Of a stretch of DNA of 64,000 nt, positions 44,276-58,200 are shown piece after piece. This DNA comes from Amphiscolops sp. MND2022 (Eukaryota), in NCBI GenBank assembly GCA_964187785.1, contig OZ076409.1, positions 82,710,001-82,774,000 on the forward strand, read 5' to 3'. Made by a program: the position numbers and the translations under genes. The notes beneath the pieces were generated by a model. The model had not been told where the DNA came from and ran no database searches. It worked only from the letters and a program-made list of their open reading frames with translations. Each line of letters starts with the position of its first letter. Position 1 is the first letter of the stretch.

Positions 44276-45129
44276 CTTCGCCTCTCAACCTCGAGAGATT
44301 TGGGTATTTTACAATTGCCCAAAAGAGTTCTCTGCAAATTTGGCGTAAAATTCGGCGTTGGTGCTACTCGATACAGCGAAATAACACCAAAATGAGGCAC
44401 CAGAGTGTTCAAAAAGGTGTCACACTCGGGCAATCCGCTCAAATTTGTCGTCACTAGGAAGTTGCTCCTCCCAAAATCTTGTGATTTTGGCTAAGTCGGA
44501 ACACTCAGGGTCTCTTTTGGATATCAAAAACCCTGCTCCAGGTAACTCCTAGAGATTTTCGTTTGGAAAATGTAGTCCAGAGTGCGTCGCAGGCACTTTA
44601 AAACTGCTGCCTTGAACTGTTCAGGATCAAATTTCAAAGTTCCAGAGGAGTCCAAAATTTATGACCCCTGCCGGCAATTTTTTTGAACCGTGGGATTTGC
44701 CTCGTTTGCACCCAGGAAGGTCAACTGGGTCCGTTCTGTTGGAAAATGAAGGCTTTTTGGGTCTGCCTCCTGTACAGCGGAAGTATTGAGGATTTACACT
44801 GATAGTTTTTCTGGCGTTTTCGGGATTTTCGTTCAAAACGTGTGTCTGAACAAAGTCAAATTCAGTTTTACCAATCGTACTGGGTACAAAATAACACAGC
44901 ACGTTTCGTCAGCCACACAAGTCAGAAAAATAACCTTCTGTAGCTGATAGTTGCCTCCAGCTTCAAGCTAGAGCCTTTTTCAACGATTTTTGGATTTTTC
45001 AACTGTTTTTGAAAATCACTCAAATTGCTTTTGCAAAAGCTGGAAACGTGGTATCGGGCTCAAAATTGGTCACGCGATCACACGTATAGCCAGCTACACT
45101 ACAGTAACAACCAATGAGAATTCAGACCA

Positions 45130-46770
45130 CTGGGCAAGATTTAGATCTGATACTGACGTTCCGTATCACCGTGTCTCGATTGACACGATTTTTCACATGC
45201 AATCAAAGACTCTCGTCCACAGTGCTGAGCTCTCGAGCTCACTTTTTCAGCAACGGTGCACCAAATGACACTGATAAGAATAGTCCAGGGCAATGTAGTC
45301 CCAACTTTTCAATAAGGTGCGCCGATAATTCCAAAAAATGATCCAATTCGTTACAATACACAAGATATCACAACTTCAAGTAACAAAATGCTATGATCCA
45401 GCAAGGCAGCCCACTCGATACTGATCAAATATCACACGCACAGCAATGAACTAACTGCTGGGAGTTCAAACTAGGGGTTTCCACAGGTTTCCAACACGTA
45501 GAAATGACTTTTTCTCACTTTCCCTGTTTTCGTCTCGGTGAGACCTCTAACAGACACAATGAATATGCACGTCCGAGAAGCGTCGAAATAAGTTCCCAGG
45601 GTTGTAGCGTGCTGGAAGGTATACAGCACTTCCGGATTGATGCACTGACCCAACAAGTGAGTCCAGAATTGGGGTATTAGGATCCAGTCACAGGTCAGAG
45701 GTTTTTCAGATGTTTTTTGGGTTTTTCAGCTTCACTTGAAAAAAACTCCAGAGTCTAGCGCTAACGCTAGAAACGCAGGATCGGCTTCAAAATCAACCAC
45801 ACAATCCCACGTAAGTTGAGGTACACGGGAATAATAGCTGATTTGTGCTGAGATGACTAGGTGAAGTTTCAACACAGTACAGACGTTCGGTATCACCGTG
45901 TTCCAATAAGCAGTGTTCTTCACGTGTCAACTCAGATTCCGGCAAACAGCAAAGAGCTCTCAAGCTCGTTTTTTCGGCAACAATACGATAAACGTGCACT
46001 GGTTACGATAGTGGGCAGCAATTTGGCCCCACTCTTTGAATAAGGTGTTCAGGCAATCCCACAAGACTTCGTAGAATTCGCCTTCTTGCGCACCTTCTTG
46101 TGCAGTTTGTTTTAGTCAATTTCTCAACAGATACAGTACCAATTGACACCAAACTTGGCAGACGCTGTCAGTAGGCACCAATCACGCTGTTAGAGTAGTG
46201 AAATAGACGGTGGTAGGCTTGCAGGGGTCTCCTCAAGGGTTTGGCCCTCTGCTCGTCTCGGTGAAGACTTAAGAAAATTGATGTTTTTCAACGTCCAACA
46301 TTTTTCAAAAGACGTTCTAAGGCTCGTAGGCTGTTCAAATTTGCACAGCGCTTTCCCACAAGCACACTGGGCCAGAAAATTAACCTGGTTTGGGGCAAGA
46401 AGTCTCCAGTCACCCACAGGAAGAATTTCAAAGAATTTTTGGATTTTCCAAAAATCGCACAACAACTCTCCAGAGGCTCGTGTGTGCACTGGAAGCGCCG
46501 TATCCAGCCCAAAATTGACCAGCAGATCTTAGGTACACGTAGGTTTACGAAAATGAACACAGAATTGAGCTGCGCCCTTTCTACACAGTTTCACCTAGGT
46601 ATAGACGTGCAGTACCACGATGTACCAAAATACACTGTTTTTCACGTCTTTTTCAAGATTGCGGTCCACTGGAACAAGCTAGCAAGCTCAAATTCTCTGC
46701 AGCAACGTAGGAGCTAGCACAAATTACGATGGTGGGCTGCAATATAGTCCCACCCGTCGGCTAAGGTGCC
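45130..46770. repeat. Three diverged blocks with ~725-bp period in the leader of C
   Basis: GACGT..GTA anchors at 45155, 45882 and 46604; TAAGGTG anchors at 45313, 46041 and 46762. Confidence 0.75.
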
Positions 46771-48635
46771 CGGGTTACTCGGAAAAATTAAGAAAAAACT
46801 GCCTTTTTGCACGCCTTTTTGGGTGCCACGTTTTTCCTATTTTCTCAACAAGTATCACACAGATCGGCACCAAACTTGGTAGTTTATGCCTGTGGGCACC
46901 TACAATGCCACTGATATGGTCGAATTGAAGCGCGAGCGCTTATTTGAGGTTTCGACCTACTATGTACGCTGTACACGAAAAAACACTGTTTTTGACTACT
47001 TTTTTCACAAATTGACCAAGAGGATCACCTCAGAAAGTGATAAGGCGGGCAAAATGGGACCAACGTGTTGCCCCACTATCCGTAGCACTGGGATAAACCT
47101 TCAATTGGTTGTGCCCGTTGGGTATAAGGCACTGACAGTCCTGCAGTTTTGGGTTTTTTCGGTCCTTTTACGCTTCTCTGAAGTCGAAACGTCAGAGAGC
47201 TTTTCTCGACTTTGGTGACCGATACGCTCACCAAAATTTCGGCACTAACGTTAATTTTTGTGGTGGTTACGAAAATGCAACCACTTTTTGGCTAGGGTTC
47301 AGGAATCGATGACCCGACCCTAGCTCAGAGACAGTCCGATTTTGTGGAAAATTGATCAAATTCAGTGCGTTTTTCCACTTTTCTCAGCACTGAATGGGAG
47401 TTTTTACACGCGGTTTTCACCACCACGCGTTATTTTTATGATAAAAACATAAAATGAGAGCGCGCAGGCTCCCAGGTTACGAAAACACTGAGTGCCTCAG
47501 AGGTTTTAATGATGCACTCTGGCACTCCTGAAACTGGCCGAAAATCAAGGTTTTTCGACCTGTTCTCACCAAGAAAACGTTACAAACTCTCTTAAATCCT
47601 ATTTTCGGTACTGTGGAGTGTGCCCCAAACTAATAGCAGCACGGAAGAGGCAATTACATCACAATCCAGCACTCTCCCAGTGGCATTTCATATTGGTTTT
47701 TTGCCAATTTCGCCAAAAACCGGGTTTTTTCATGCAAAATGTGTCTCAAAAAGGTCTCCAACGGCCTTTCTGGTTGTCGTTACATTATGTAGCATAACCC
47801 TCAACGTTTTGGGCTGCTTTCTATTCATTTTTGCAACTGCTGTGGCTAATACTTCGAGCGCTCGCGCTCGTACCAAGAAAAGTACTCAAAAATGCCAAAA
47901 ATCACGTTTTTGCGACTTTTGCACTAAAAATCGCACTTTTTTCACTGAAAACAGGTGCAAAAGCACACACTTAGTTGCAACAGGGTAAAACTAGCATGCA
48001 CAAATGATTCCCCGTTAAAAATACGCAATCTAAATTTTTTTTCATACCATACTCCGAAAAACTGATACTTCTGGAATGAGGGGTGGTACTTTCGTCATCT
48101 TTTTTCTCAACACCCAGACCAGCTAGAGAGAAACAGTTTGGACCGTCGGCAACGTCAGCACTTGTTCTACCTTTCCACCAAAAACCATCCCTCCAGCACG
48201 TCTCCACGAGAAATGGGAAAGGAGAGTCGGGAACACTCGTTTCAGCTCATCTATCAGTCGGATGGAATATGGTTCAACCATCAACTTCACCTCTCGTACA
48301 TAGCCAAAAACGCTGAAATGAGCTGTAAAACACCTGTTACAACATGCGTAACGGCTTTCTAGCGGTTCGCTAAGCCATTACAAAGGTACCCGCTGATGGG
48401 AACGTGCAATTTTCGACGATACCTGTCAACAAATACCTGTTATCAAAACGTACCATAGGTATTCGGAAAAATCCCCCGAAAGACTGGAAAAATACCAAAA
48501 TATAATGTCATATCATCTAAAAAATTTGGAAAAACTCTGGGTAAACGTCTCCTTCCAGAGTCCAATCGTTCTTGGCGTCCAATACCAGGGGGTCGGAAAT
48601 TTTAAAACCATATAATAGGGCAGTAATCGGAAGCG

Positions 48636-48653
48636 ATCCCTCTGTGGTCGCCA
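48636..48653 (-). promoter_or_regulatory. Primer binding site of C, tRNA-Arg-like
   Basis: Minus-strand TGGCGACCACAGAGGGAT, identical to the D PBS; similar to the complement of a tRNA-Arg 3' end as recalled. Confidence 0.8.
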
Positions 48654-48668
48654 AAAAATGAGGTCTCA

Positions 48669-49441
48669 TGTAACGGCAAGCAGTTATCGGTCGCTTAACG
48701 CGTTAACAGAGGTGGAGGAACCTGCAGGAATGGGTGGATCGCTCGGGACAGGCGCCCATCGCCACAGATCCATTTTGCCTCCAGGGGTGAAATACGTCCC
48801 GGGGCCGTGGGTGCTTCGACGAATACTGTCCAACCGGTCGTAGTCTTTGATTGCTAATAGTAACGGGCATCTTTCTGACTCTCTAAAGACCACCGCTTAA
48901 CTAGCATATAAAAACAATGCCAAGAATAAGGTAAATTTCCAGTTCCAGGGTGACATTTGAATAAGATCTAAAATTGGGGAATAAGATCTAAACTAGCGCT
49001 AGCGCTACTGAATACAGCCAAAATCACTGAAAATACATGAAAACAGGCACGAATATGGCAAACCACACAGCTAAAAAGCTGGGGCGCAGGGGCTCCAAGC
49101 ACCAAACAAGGATCTTTAGGCGAAAAGACTCATTTTTACGGTTTCCGCTACAAAGGGTAGCATAATGCTGAAAATCGATAAAACCGGTGTTAGCACCTCA
49201 AAAAGAGTCTATTTTCGGTCGTTCTTGCCGTCTCTGGCTTCTGTCATGGCGGCGCGCCCGTATTTTTGCTCGTTCTTGCTCTTTGTTGTCGAAGTACCTG
49301 CCAATTTCGTGGAAACAGCGAAAAGAGCAATCACATGCTCAGTGCCACGTCACACATCGGATTAGAATTTTTGACAAAATTTCTGAACATGTCAAAGTTG
49401 CAAAATCGGTTGATATTGCTGTACCAGAGCTTGCCGTTACA
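48669..49441 (-). repeat. 5' LTR of element C
   Basis: Direct repeat of 34079-34851. Confidence 0.97.
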
Positions 49442-49650
49442 GAGTTTTGCTCGTTACACTGTGTGATTTGGCGTTACGCGTAGTGATCAAACTACAGTAA
49501 TTGACTACTTTACACTCTCTACAATTACATATTTTGACTAGTTTCCACTTCACACACGAAGATGGAAATTGATTGTTTTACACATTAACCTGGTACACAT
49601 TTTGACTGAAATTCACTTTTAAAGTGGAAAACAAACAAAGTGTGTAAGGC

Positions 49651-49966
49651 TATGTCCGAATTTTCACGTTGACTCTGAAGTAAATTGCGTTTCACTAAAG
49701 AGGTGGAGGTTCGACAATTATGCACTATATCCGAATTTTGACATTAGATCCGATATAAAATGCGTTTCACTAAGGGGGAAGAGGAGTTCCAAAAAGCGCA
49801 CCTATTTGCCCGGAGGACTTCGCGCAAAAAATCATCGCGCAGTTCAGTAGTTCGGTCCTCTTTTGGGTTTTTTGGGAACTGTGGAAGAGAATACTTTAAT
49901 TTTTGAACTCCTTCTAGTATTTTCACCTTTAGGTAGGGCGCCGACTTATGCCGTTTCCAGCTTGTT
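49651..49966 (+). repeat. Copy of the dispersed repeat with ~75-bp internal subrepeats; its left part appears to lie at ~33800-33990
   Basis: TCCGAATTTT...TTTCACTAA.G.GG..GAGG units at ~33910-33965, 49655-49710 and 49729-49790; terminal GGCGCCGACTT...CTTGTT. Confidence 0.6.
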
Positions 49967-50999
49967 TAAGGCTCCAACAAATAGTGTCTTTTGTGTACAT
50001 CCTGTTACACAATGGTTGTGAAGTATTCCGGTTTTTAAATTTCTCGATTTAAAAAAATACGTTTGAGAATTATTTCTCGTGTACATATTAGGGTGATGGA
50101 ACAATTGTCAAGGAACTAGGAAACTGATACAGTGCTTCGGTCTAGCTGGCGCAACGTCCACAACTTTCAACCAATCAAGAAAAGTTTTTTGATTTGTGCT
50201 ATAGATGGCCATCGCCAGTTTTAAATTGTGTACTAATAATAGCAGAGCATAATACGTCCACGTGGGGCCAGCAACACAAAGTGCCAGGTAATTGATGAGT
50301 TTTCAATTCTTGTCTTGAGAGCTTTACTCTTTTTCCATGCCAAACCGATTAAATTCAGTTATTCGTTTTATATTCCACAAAAATCATTTAGTATGGTTTA
50401 GTTTCATGCGAATAGCCTTTTAGTTGGCGTTTTTCAGTATGAAAATTCTAGAAACCACTTTGAAAATTCAAGACTATTGCAGTGTGAATTTTTTTCGTCA
50501 GGGTCCGGTTACGACCTATTTACTTAGTGAATTTTATTATTTTTATATGTCCTTTTGGTCTTGTCGTTAATTCATCTTTCTAGGCCTGTTGACAGGAAGT
50601 GACATTTGGTTTCGAGTCCCGCTCTAGGTCAAAGTTTTCTTATGTTTGCAAAGGTAGAGAAAAGCTCTAAATCCCCCTTTTCAAGTTTTTTTTCGGAACT
50701 ATACAACGTTTTTCTGTTTTTTTTCACCGAAGGTCCCCTTCGAATTTAAGCAAGCATTTTGCGAGCAGAGGGCACTGTGCCATTTTTTTTAAAAAATGAA
50801 GGAAAGGGTTTGTAAAATTTTTCGAATTTTTTTCTGGGTTTTTGGGATTTTCGAGTTTTCAGTTGAAGAAAACCGTTCTCCAAGTATGACGGTGACCTCT
50901 TTTGTTATCTTTTGGTCCTTTGGGACTGGTGAGAGTTCTCTATAATTATATAAAAACCTAATAAAAGACGGGTTTTTGGCACTGTGCTACTTTTTCTCC

Positions 51000-52461
51000 A
51001 AAAACTTTTTAGTCAAATTATACCCTACTCACTTCTTGACTTTGAAAAAACGTTTAGTTCAGAACTGACGTGGCACCCAAGCATGATTTTGGTCAAGTAC
51101 CTGTCAGCATAAAAAGTGAAAAGACGGACAGAGGAGCCGCCACGCGAAAAACAAATGTGACGCACACGCAAAATAACCAGAAAAACAGCTCAAGTTAGCA
51201 GAACCTACGGTGTTTGTCTGCTGAAATCATGGTTTTTGCAGGACTGAACTGGAAAACAGCTTGACAGCCTGAAGACTGTATCCGTGCCCGAGGGTTGTGC
51301 CATGCCGCCCAAACACCCACTAATTTCGCCGAACTGACAATACAGTGCACAGGCAAGCTATTTTGCTGCTTTTCGTGGAATCCGGGACACGAAAATTGAG
51401 AAAAGTCGTGGAATCCAGGACAAATTTTTCTTTGATGTTAAGCGTGTCTTGGATTCCACGACAGTGCTTGTCCTGGATTCCACGCCAATACTGCTGCTAT
51501 AATGACACTTTTGCCGCTGCTCTCTGATTGCTCCGCTTATTTTGAGTGATCATTATTGGAAAGGCATTATATCGAAAGAAATTATTTTGATTGACAGGAA
51601 AAGTCCCAAAGTACGAATAGAGATACTCATGACTGCTACCAGAATTGCAGCATGTCATGAAAAAATGGCAGATTGAGATGATCTGACAGTCTGTTCGAAA
51701 CTGGTAATGAACTGAAAAATACGAAAATTTGTGTGATATTGGTGTGTTTGTCTGAATCATTTTTAGTTAATATACGAAAAGTAGTGCATAATATTATGTT
51801 TGTTCAGTCATCCACTTGAATTTAATTCAAGAAGAGATGCCGCGAATCGCGTCAAGCACAAAGTCGTGGAATCCAGGAAATTTATGATTTCTGCAGTCTG
51901 ATTGGTTAATTTTGCAAAACTTACGTTTTTGTGGAATCCGGGACACAGCGGCATGCCGACAGTGCGAACAGCTAAGCATTTGTTACTGGAATCCACGACG
52001 AAATCCGTGGAATCCGGGACATATGACGAAATTTGCCAATTCTGCACGGTTAAAAGTATGGTCGTGGAGTACGAGGTATTGAAAGCACACAGTTGCGCTG
52101 TGAGCAAATTAAGCTTGCCTATGCACTCTAATGGAACTTCGTTATTGTAATTTGTGTACTTTTGTTGTGTAATTAATAAAATGCTCGAGGACTATTTTCT
52201 AGTTTGTCGCATTTACTCAGACTCATACTAGAGAAACTCAGTTACTTACAACCTTGTTGTTTTTACGAGCTATCTACGCGGTGGTTGTAAGAAGGAAAAG
52301 CACAATGCCCGTAATTTCTAGCAGTTACAGACTGGTATCAGGCCAGAGAGCATCCTTAGAGACGGTTCCCCCTCCTCGGGACCGGCTATACTTAGGAGGA
52401 CAAAGTGAGCTGATATCATCCACTCCAATGTCACGATAGAACTGCTTAGCGCTTGCCGCCA
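51000..52461 (+). repeat. Probable 5' LTR of D, interrupted by a MITE
   Basis: TGACGTGGCAC..AGCATG (51066) is shared with the C LTR; ends GCTTGCCGCCA just before the PBS. Confidence 0.5.
51343..52128. mobile_element. Tc1/mariner-type MITE (786 bp)
   Basis: TA|CAGTGCACAGGCAAGCT ... AGCTTGCCTATGCACTC|TA: 17-bp TIR with 2 mismatches and TA TSD. About 8 internal GTGGAATCC(A/G)GGACA-like motifs in both orientations. Confidence 0.8.
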
Positions 52462-52470
52462 ATCATTTTT

Positions 52471-52488
52471 TGGCGACCACAGAGGGAT
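52471..52488 (+). promoter_or_regulatory. Primer binding site of D
   Basis: TGGCGACCACAGAGGGAT, identical to that of C. Confidence 0.85.
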
Positions 52489-55298
52489 CGTCATTGGGAA
52501 ACTTTCCTGCATGGTTTTTTAAAGATATGGCCCACCGGAGTCCAGCGCCAAGACAGTTTCTACTCTGCAGAAGAAATCCAGAGTTTTGCTTCTTTTTTAA
52601 CGACAATACGTATTCTTGGGAGCTTGAACGTAATGCACCCAGAAAAACCAGCAAAAAGCGCGTTTTCAGGTGTAATTGCAATTTCGAGGACAAAACCAGT
52701 AAATGCATGTTTTGTGATGTTGTTGTGGTGTTAACCCATCAGCGGGTATATGTTTTGCAGGTAGTGGTCACCGTAGCCAGTGGCTACGGGTTTTTAACAG
52801 GTTTTTACAGCTTTTTTTATCTATTCGAGACATGCAAGACAGCCGGAGATGAATGGGAAGCCATACTCCACAGGAGCGACGGAAGGGCGAAATAGAGCGT
52901 CGCAGATCGGTGTTTCCCGTTTTTCGAGGAGACGTCTGAGAGGAACGAAATTTGATGGACAGCGAGTGCAAGTGCTGACGACGGTGCCAATGGTCGATAC
53001 CGCAAGTCTCCAGCTGGACTGGGTGTGGAGAAATTGCGTGGCGAAGGCTCAACCCCTTTGACCAGAAGTGTCGCACAGATGGGTCATGTTCGCGAAAACT
53101 TCAAACTTGCACCTTTTTTCGTGTGAAATCGTTGGTGCAGTCAATAAATGTTTTTGCAAAGTAACGACACCCTATGGAACGCTTTTGAGCGAAGGAAACT
53201 GAGCTTTGTCGCAAAAAGGATTTTTCGTGTTTTTGGTGTTTTCTTTGGTTGGTGCATGAGTGCTCCGTAAGTCCAAAGTAGCTTTGCGAAGAATGGTGCA
53301 AAACAAACCTCGAGTCCTAAGGAGGTCGGCAACAACATATGTTGACCTTTCCTGTGGCTCTTTGAGGTAAAAAAGATGTGAATTTGCTGTGAAAAAGTGC
53401 GAAAAGTGGAAAAAAGGCTAAAAATTCACCTGAAACCAACACAGGTGTAATCAGTTGTAACAGCCGGGAGAACCAGTCTAATGTAGTTTTTCGAGCGTAA
53501 CACAACCCCAGGGCACTGGAATTAACTTTTGTTGCGAGTTTTGCTGCTTGTGGAACCACGGATAAGCGATAATCTTGAAAATATTGGCTGTTTTGTGCCC
53601 AGTAGAGCACACTATTAAAACCTCTACAAAGCGGACCCAAGATTATACGAGAGAGCTCGCGCGCTCTCATTTTCTGTTTTTGTAGTAACAATAACGTGTG
53701 TTGGCGGAAACCGCATGTAAGAATTCCCATTCAGTGCTGAGAAAAGTGGAAAACGCACTGAATTTGACAACATTTCCACAAAATCGGACTGTCTAATTGT
53801 TAGGGTCGGGTCATTGATTTCCGAACCCTATCTAAAAAGTGGTTACTTTTTCGCAACTACCATCAAAACAAACGATAGTGCCCGAAATTTGGTGAGCCTA
53901 GCGCTAACCAAAGTCGAGAAACTTCTCTGATGTTTTGACCTCAGAAAAAGCTAAAATTGCCGAAATTAACCAAAACTGCAAGACCGATAGTGCTTTTTAC
54001 CCTACAAGCACAGCTAATTTAGGGCTTGTGGCAGTGCTGTGACTAGTGGGGCAACACGTTGATCCTATTTTGCCTGCCGTGCCAATTGTAGTGTCGACCC
54101 TCTTAGCCAATTTGTGGAAAAAAGCGTCAGAAAAGACCGTTTTTGCCAAAATAGTGTCTGTACCCAGAAAGCTCGTGGGCTTCCATCGGACTATCGAACC
54201 AGCCCTGTGGGTGTTCACTGGCACCGCCAATTAAGTTTCGTGCCAATCAGTGCAGTATTTGTTGAGAAATTGACGAAAACGTACTGCACAAAAAGAGGTG
54301 CAAAAAATCAAATTTTTCGAAAATTTTGGAAGTGCCTGAACACAGCCGAATAATGGAGACAAATTGCAGCCCACTATCGTACCTTGTGCTAGTTGGTCCA
54401 CTGTTAGCGAGAAAACCGAACCGCTAGCTCATACCGGTGTTTGTTTGGAACTTGTACAACAAGCGTGCATTTTGACCTCTCCTGATACATAGGTGTACCG
54501 CACGTCTGTACCAAGGCGAAACAGTGTACAAGTCTCGGAGCCCAAATTGGAGCTCGGTTTCGTGTACCTACGTGAGTGCAGGGTCCACCTGCCACTTTGG
54601 AACCACATCCGACCCTTGAGTGACGAGTACGAGCCATTTGTGTTAATGTTGCACTCATTGAGGAATTTCAAAATTTATCGTAAACGTCTCTTGTTTGCTT
54701 CAAAAAACGCGTAGCTCCTGACTAAGCTTGTTTCCTAGGCTTGTGGGTTGGTAACAACTGTTTTTCGCGAGTTTGGAGGCGCTACGGTCACTAGAACCGA
54801 TTTCGATCTTCTCGAGGCGTACAGGTCCTGATTTTGAGTTAAGTCCTCACCGGAACGTCCGGCGGTCGCAAACCCTATAGAGGCTTCTAGACTCAACCTT
54901 GGTGATCACTGGGAATACTAAACAACCCAGTGAGCCTAAATTGGCGGCATACTCTCCGTTGAACGTGACGTCCGGGTGCCGTAATAAAACTTAGTGGCAC
55001 ACTTAGTTGCGATTTTTCCGGTACCTACGTACTTACGCAGTAGACGACCAAACCATGTTTTGGGCTGGCAGAGGAGCCATGGCCGAGCTGTTTAAGCGTG
55101 ACTCAGTAACAACTGTGTCCGAATTGAGCGGATCCTACACGTCCAAAGCCACCGGAACGGGCGAAACTTTGGAGGAAAGCTCAGTTCAACGCGAAAGCTC
55201 CGATAGTGGTAGTAATCTGAGCCTGCGGGAATGGTCCTCCTGCGGGAATGGTCCCCTCGGTGAAGTCCCTAGTGACCAATTCCTCTTTTTCAGAAGCA

Positions 55299-58200
55299 AT
55301 GTCTGACAAAGTTACCGCTGGACAGCAGCGAAAGGAAGAGCAGAACGCAATGGCTCTAACTCGAGACACTTCACCGATTTCGGAAGAGCTCATCCGCACC
55401 GGTCAGTGGATTCAAGATACCAGAGGTGAGTTGACAACGTCACCTCAAACAGAAGGGTTCTGGCCGAACTGTATCATAACGGCCGCTAATACAACGCCTC
55501 CAAGAAAAGCGTACTCATGGGTACCCGATGATGCTAGCAGTCTGGTAGCAAGTATACCGACGCCGCCTATGCCACGCAATGCATGGACAATCGGAGCTGA
55601 CTCGCTGTACCTAACCGCTAGCGAAGGGTGCTCGAGGACAACCCTCGCGTCAGTAGCACCCGCAACAAAGATCACTTAGTGAGAGACCTATCGGTCCAGG
55701 CCACTAAAAGCAGTCGAGACAATTCACCAGCAGCCAGCGAAGAAGGGGAAGTAATATCCCCAGAACAGCTACGGTTCACCGCACTGACATTCAAAGCAAT
55801 GTCGAAGGAACTGGCTCCTCTACTGGCCGGCCGCGATCCTTCCTAAGACCGGCCCAGTGTCTATGGAGGGTCCAAAGAGGGCTCTGATGACGGCTGGATT
55901 CTAGTCATGCGTCACTACCTGCAACGTACGCAAACCAAAGCGACTCCAGATGATAAAGGTTGGAGCATCATCAGCCACCTGGAGGGCGAGACTCGCAACT
56001 ACATCATCAACAAGGAAGAGTCCGAACAGGACACGCTTGAGAAGGTATTCGAGATACTAACCAGTCGGTTTGGCAACGGAGGCAACCAAATGCAAGTGCG
56101 TCAGGCCTTTGCCACTCGACTTCAACTGGAAAAAGAGGACTGGTTGCAGTACTTGACGCCTTGGAAGGACTGCGCAGTCGAGGGTTCCACGATGAATCGA
56201 TCACTAGAAAACGTTACGAAATCCAGCAACGTTCCATTGAGAGTATTCGTGACGCTGCTATCCGACGAGAGTTATCCATATTCTACGCGTCCGAAGCCAC
56301 CGTGACTGCCCCACCTACAGTGGAACCCCTGAGTTTCACTACTAGGCAGTTGCAACGCAATCGTCCAGTCCAAAACCATCGCAAATTTAATACCCCTGCT
56401 ATGCCATGAGGTCGAGGCATCATCCCTTCGCACCCTTACCACCAAACAAGATGGTGTTGCCGCAAGGAGTACTGCCAACACCTCCTCCGAGCAATGCACC
56501 AGCTAACCCAGCGGCCGCAGCACCTGATGCGCGCCTGCCGCTAGGTGCCTGCATTAACTGTGTCGAAATTTCGCTCGCGACTGTCCTACCCGAGAACAGG
56601 CCCGCAAACCTGTAGTATTTCCGGAGCCTGAGGCCGTGAAAATTACAGCTGAAGATGTCGTCGAGTGTATCGCGGAAAAATGCTCCCGAGTCCGGGTTTG
56701 AGTAAATTGTGGCCTGGTAGACCACGTTGCATCGCAGTGCGTGGAGAAGCCCCGTGAGTGACGACTTTGCCTACAGCCGATGGGCAGAAGTGCAGCTGCC
56801 CAAACTGTGCCGCTGGAGGATGATCGTACATTGATGCTCTACACAGTGGATCCACCTGCCTTCTTTACACCCCTGACTATAACTTGTGGCGCCAAGCAAG
56901 TGCAAACCTGCCTAGAGCCGACCACCTTCGACCTTGAAGGGCGTACGCTCATATCAATCCATCTGATGCTGGCTGCTGAACAGCATCGTCGCCCAACTTT
57001 GACCTTGGCTAAGCTCTGGACTGAGCTGGCGATTCTGTACGAACGAACAGATTTCCCTTGCCCCAAGGAGTGGTAGGCTCCCGGAGCTTCGGACACTTTA
57101 ACTACCTATTCGCCTGGGCCTATCTGCGCCACTATGGATGGCGTGGATGTAAAATTCGAGACCTGTGTGGTCGTGGATGTGTTTCCCCTGGCATTTGCTT
57201 GGGCCCCCAAGAACTCAATGCTACAACATCAGTAGCCCAGAACCCACGGGAAAAAGCGCGGGTTGTTGAGCGTGCCCCAAGCGGTGCCTATTCCGCTGCG
57301 TGGTCTGGTTGACACGGGGTCTGGAGTGACTATTCTGAGCTTCTCCACCTTCAATCGCGTCGCTGTTCAAACAGAGGCAGTCCTGAAACCCTACCAGATT
57401 GACTTGTATGCCGCCAACGGCAAAAACATTAAGACTTATGGAATGGCGGAGCATGTGCGCTTCCAATTGGGAGGCTATGAGCTGGGGACGAATTGCGTTG
57501 TGGTGGACGACGCCATGGGAGTCGAGGACTTCTTGTCACGCCGCAACTTTCTGAGGGCATACCAGGTCTTCGTCGACCTAACGTCCATGAAGATCGTGAG
57601 TCCCGCATCAGTACAGCCATTGTGGCACTACGCCCACACTCAGGTAGGTGACCCCTCTTTAGCAGTCCCAGTCGCTATAGATGGCGACTTAGCATTGGAA
57701 CTCTTTGAACGTACGGTAGTAAAATCCATAGTGGATGCATCACTACAGAATGTTGTGTTTTTAGACAAATGCGTTGCCACTGTCAGTAAGACAGGCCACG
57801 TCTTTGTCAGCGTGATGAATCTCACTTGTAACCCCCAACGCATTCGTGGCAACACCCACCTGGGCACTGTGGTGCCCGTACTCCTTGTCTAAAAAGCTGT
57901 ACCCCAACAGCTGGAAATCCCAAAACCCAAAACTGAGGTCAATAAAGACCGTATTCATTTTGTTCATAAAGTTTATGAGAAAATAAATCTCAGCACCGAC
58001 TCGCATTTTACTTCTTTCTCGGAGTTTGAGTTTTTGTCTTACCAGATCCTACTGACGAAGATCTTTCGGACCGTGAAAAGCGGAAACGCGCGGACCCTGA
58101 GATAATGGCTCTCATACCGAGACCAGAATCGCAGCTACAGGAGGTAAAGGAGGATTTATGGAGCTCCGAAGCGAGCACTGCTTTATAGAACATTCTAACC

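Larger units (their letters stand above)
34079..49441 (-). mobile_element. Element C: full-length 15.4-kb Ty3/Gypsy LTR retrotransposon
   Basis: 773-bp LTRs with 13-bp terminal inverted repeat TGTAACGGCAAGC/GCTTGCCGTTACA. PBS, PPT, gag-PR and RT-RH-IN all on the minus strand. Confidence 0.97.

Noticed and set aside
51375..52025. CRISPR-like array of GTGGAATCC repeats
   Set aside because: Irregular spacing, mixed orientation, enclosed by MITE TIRs, eukaryotic context, no cas genes.
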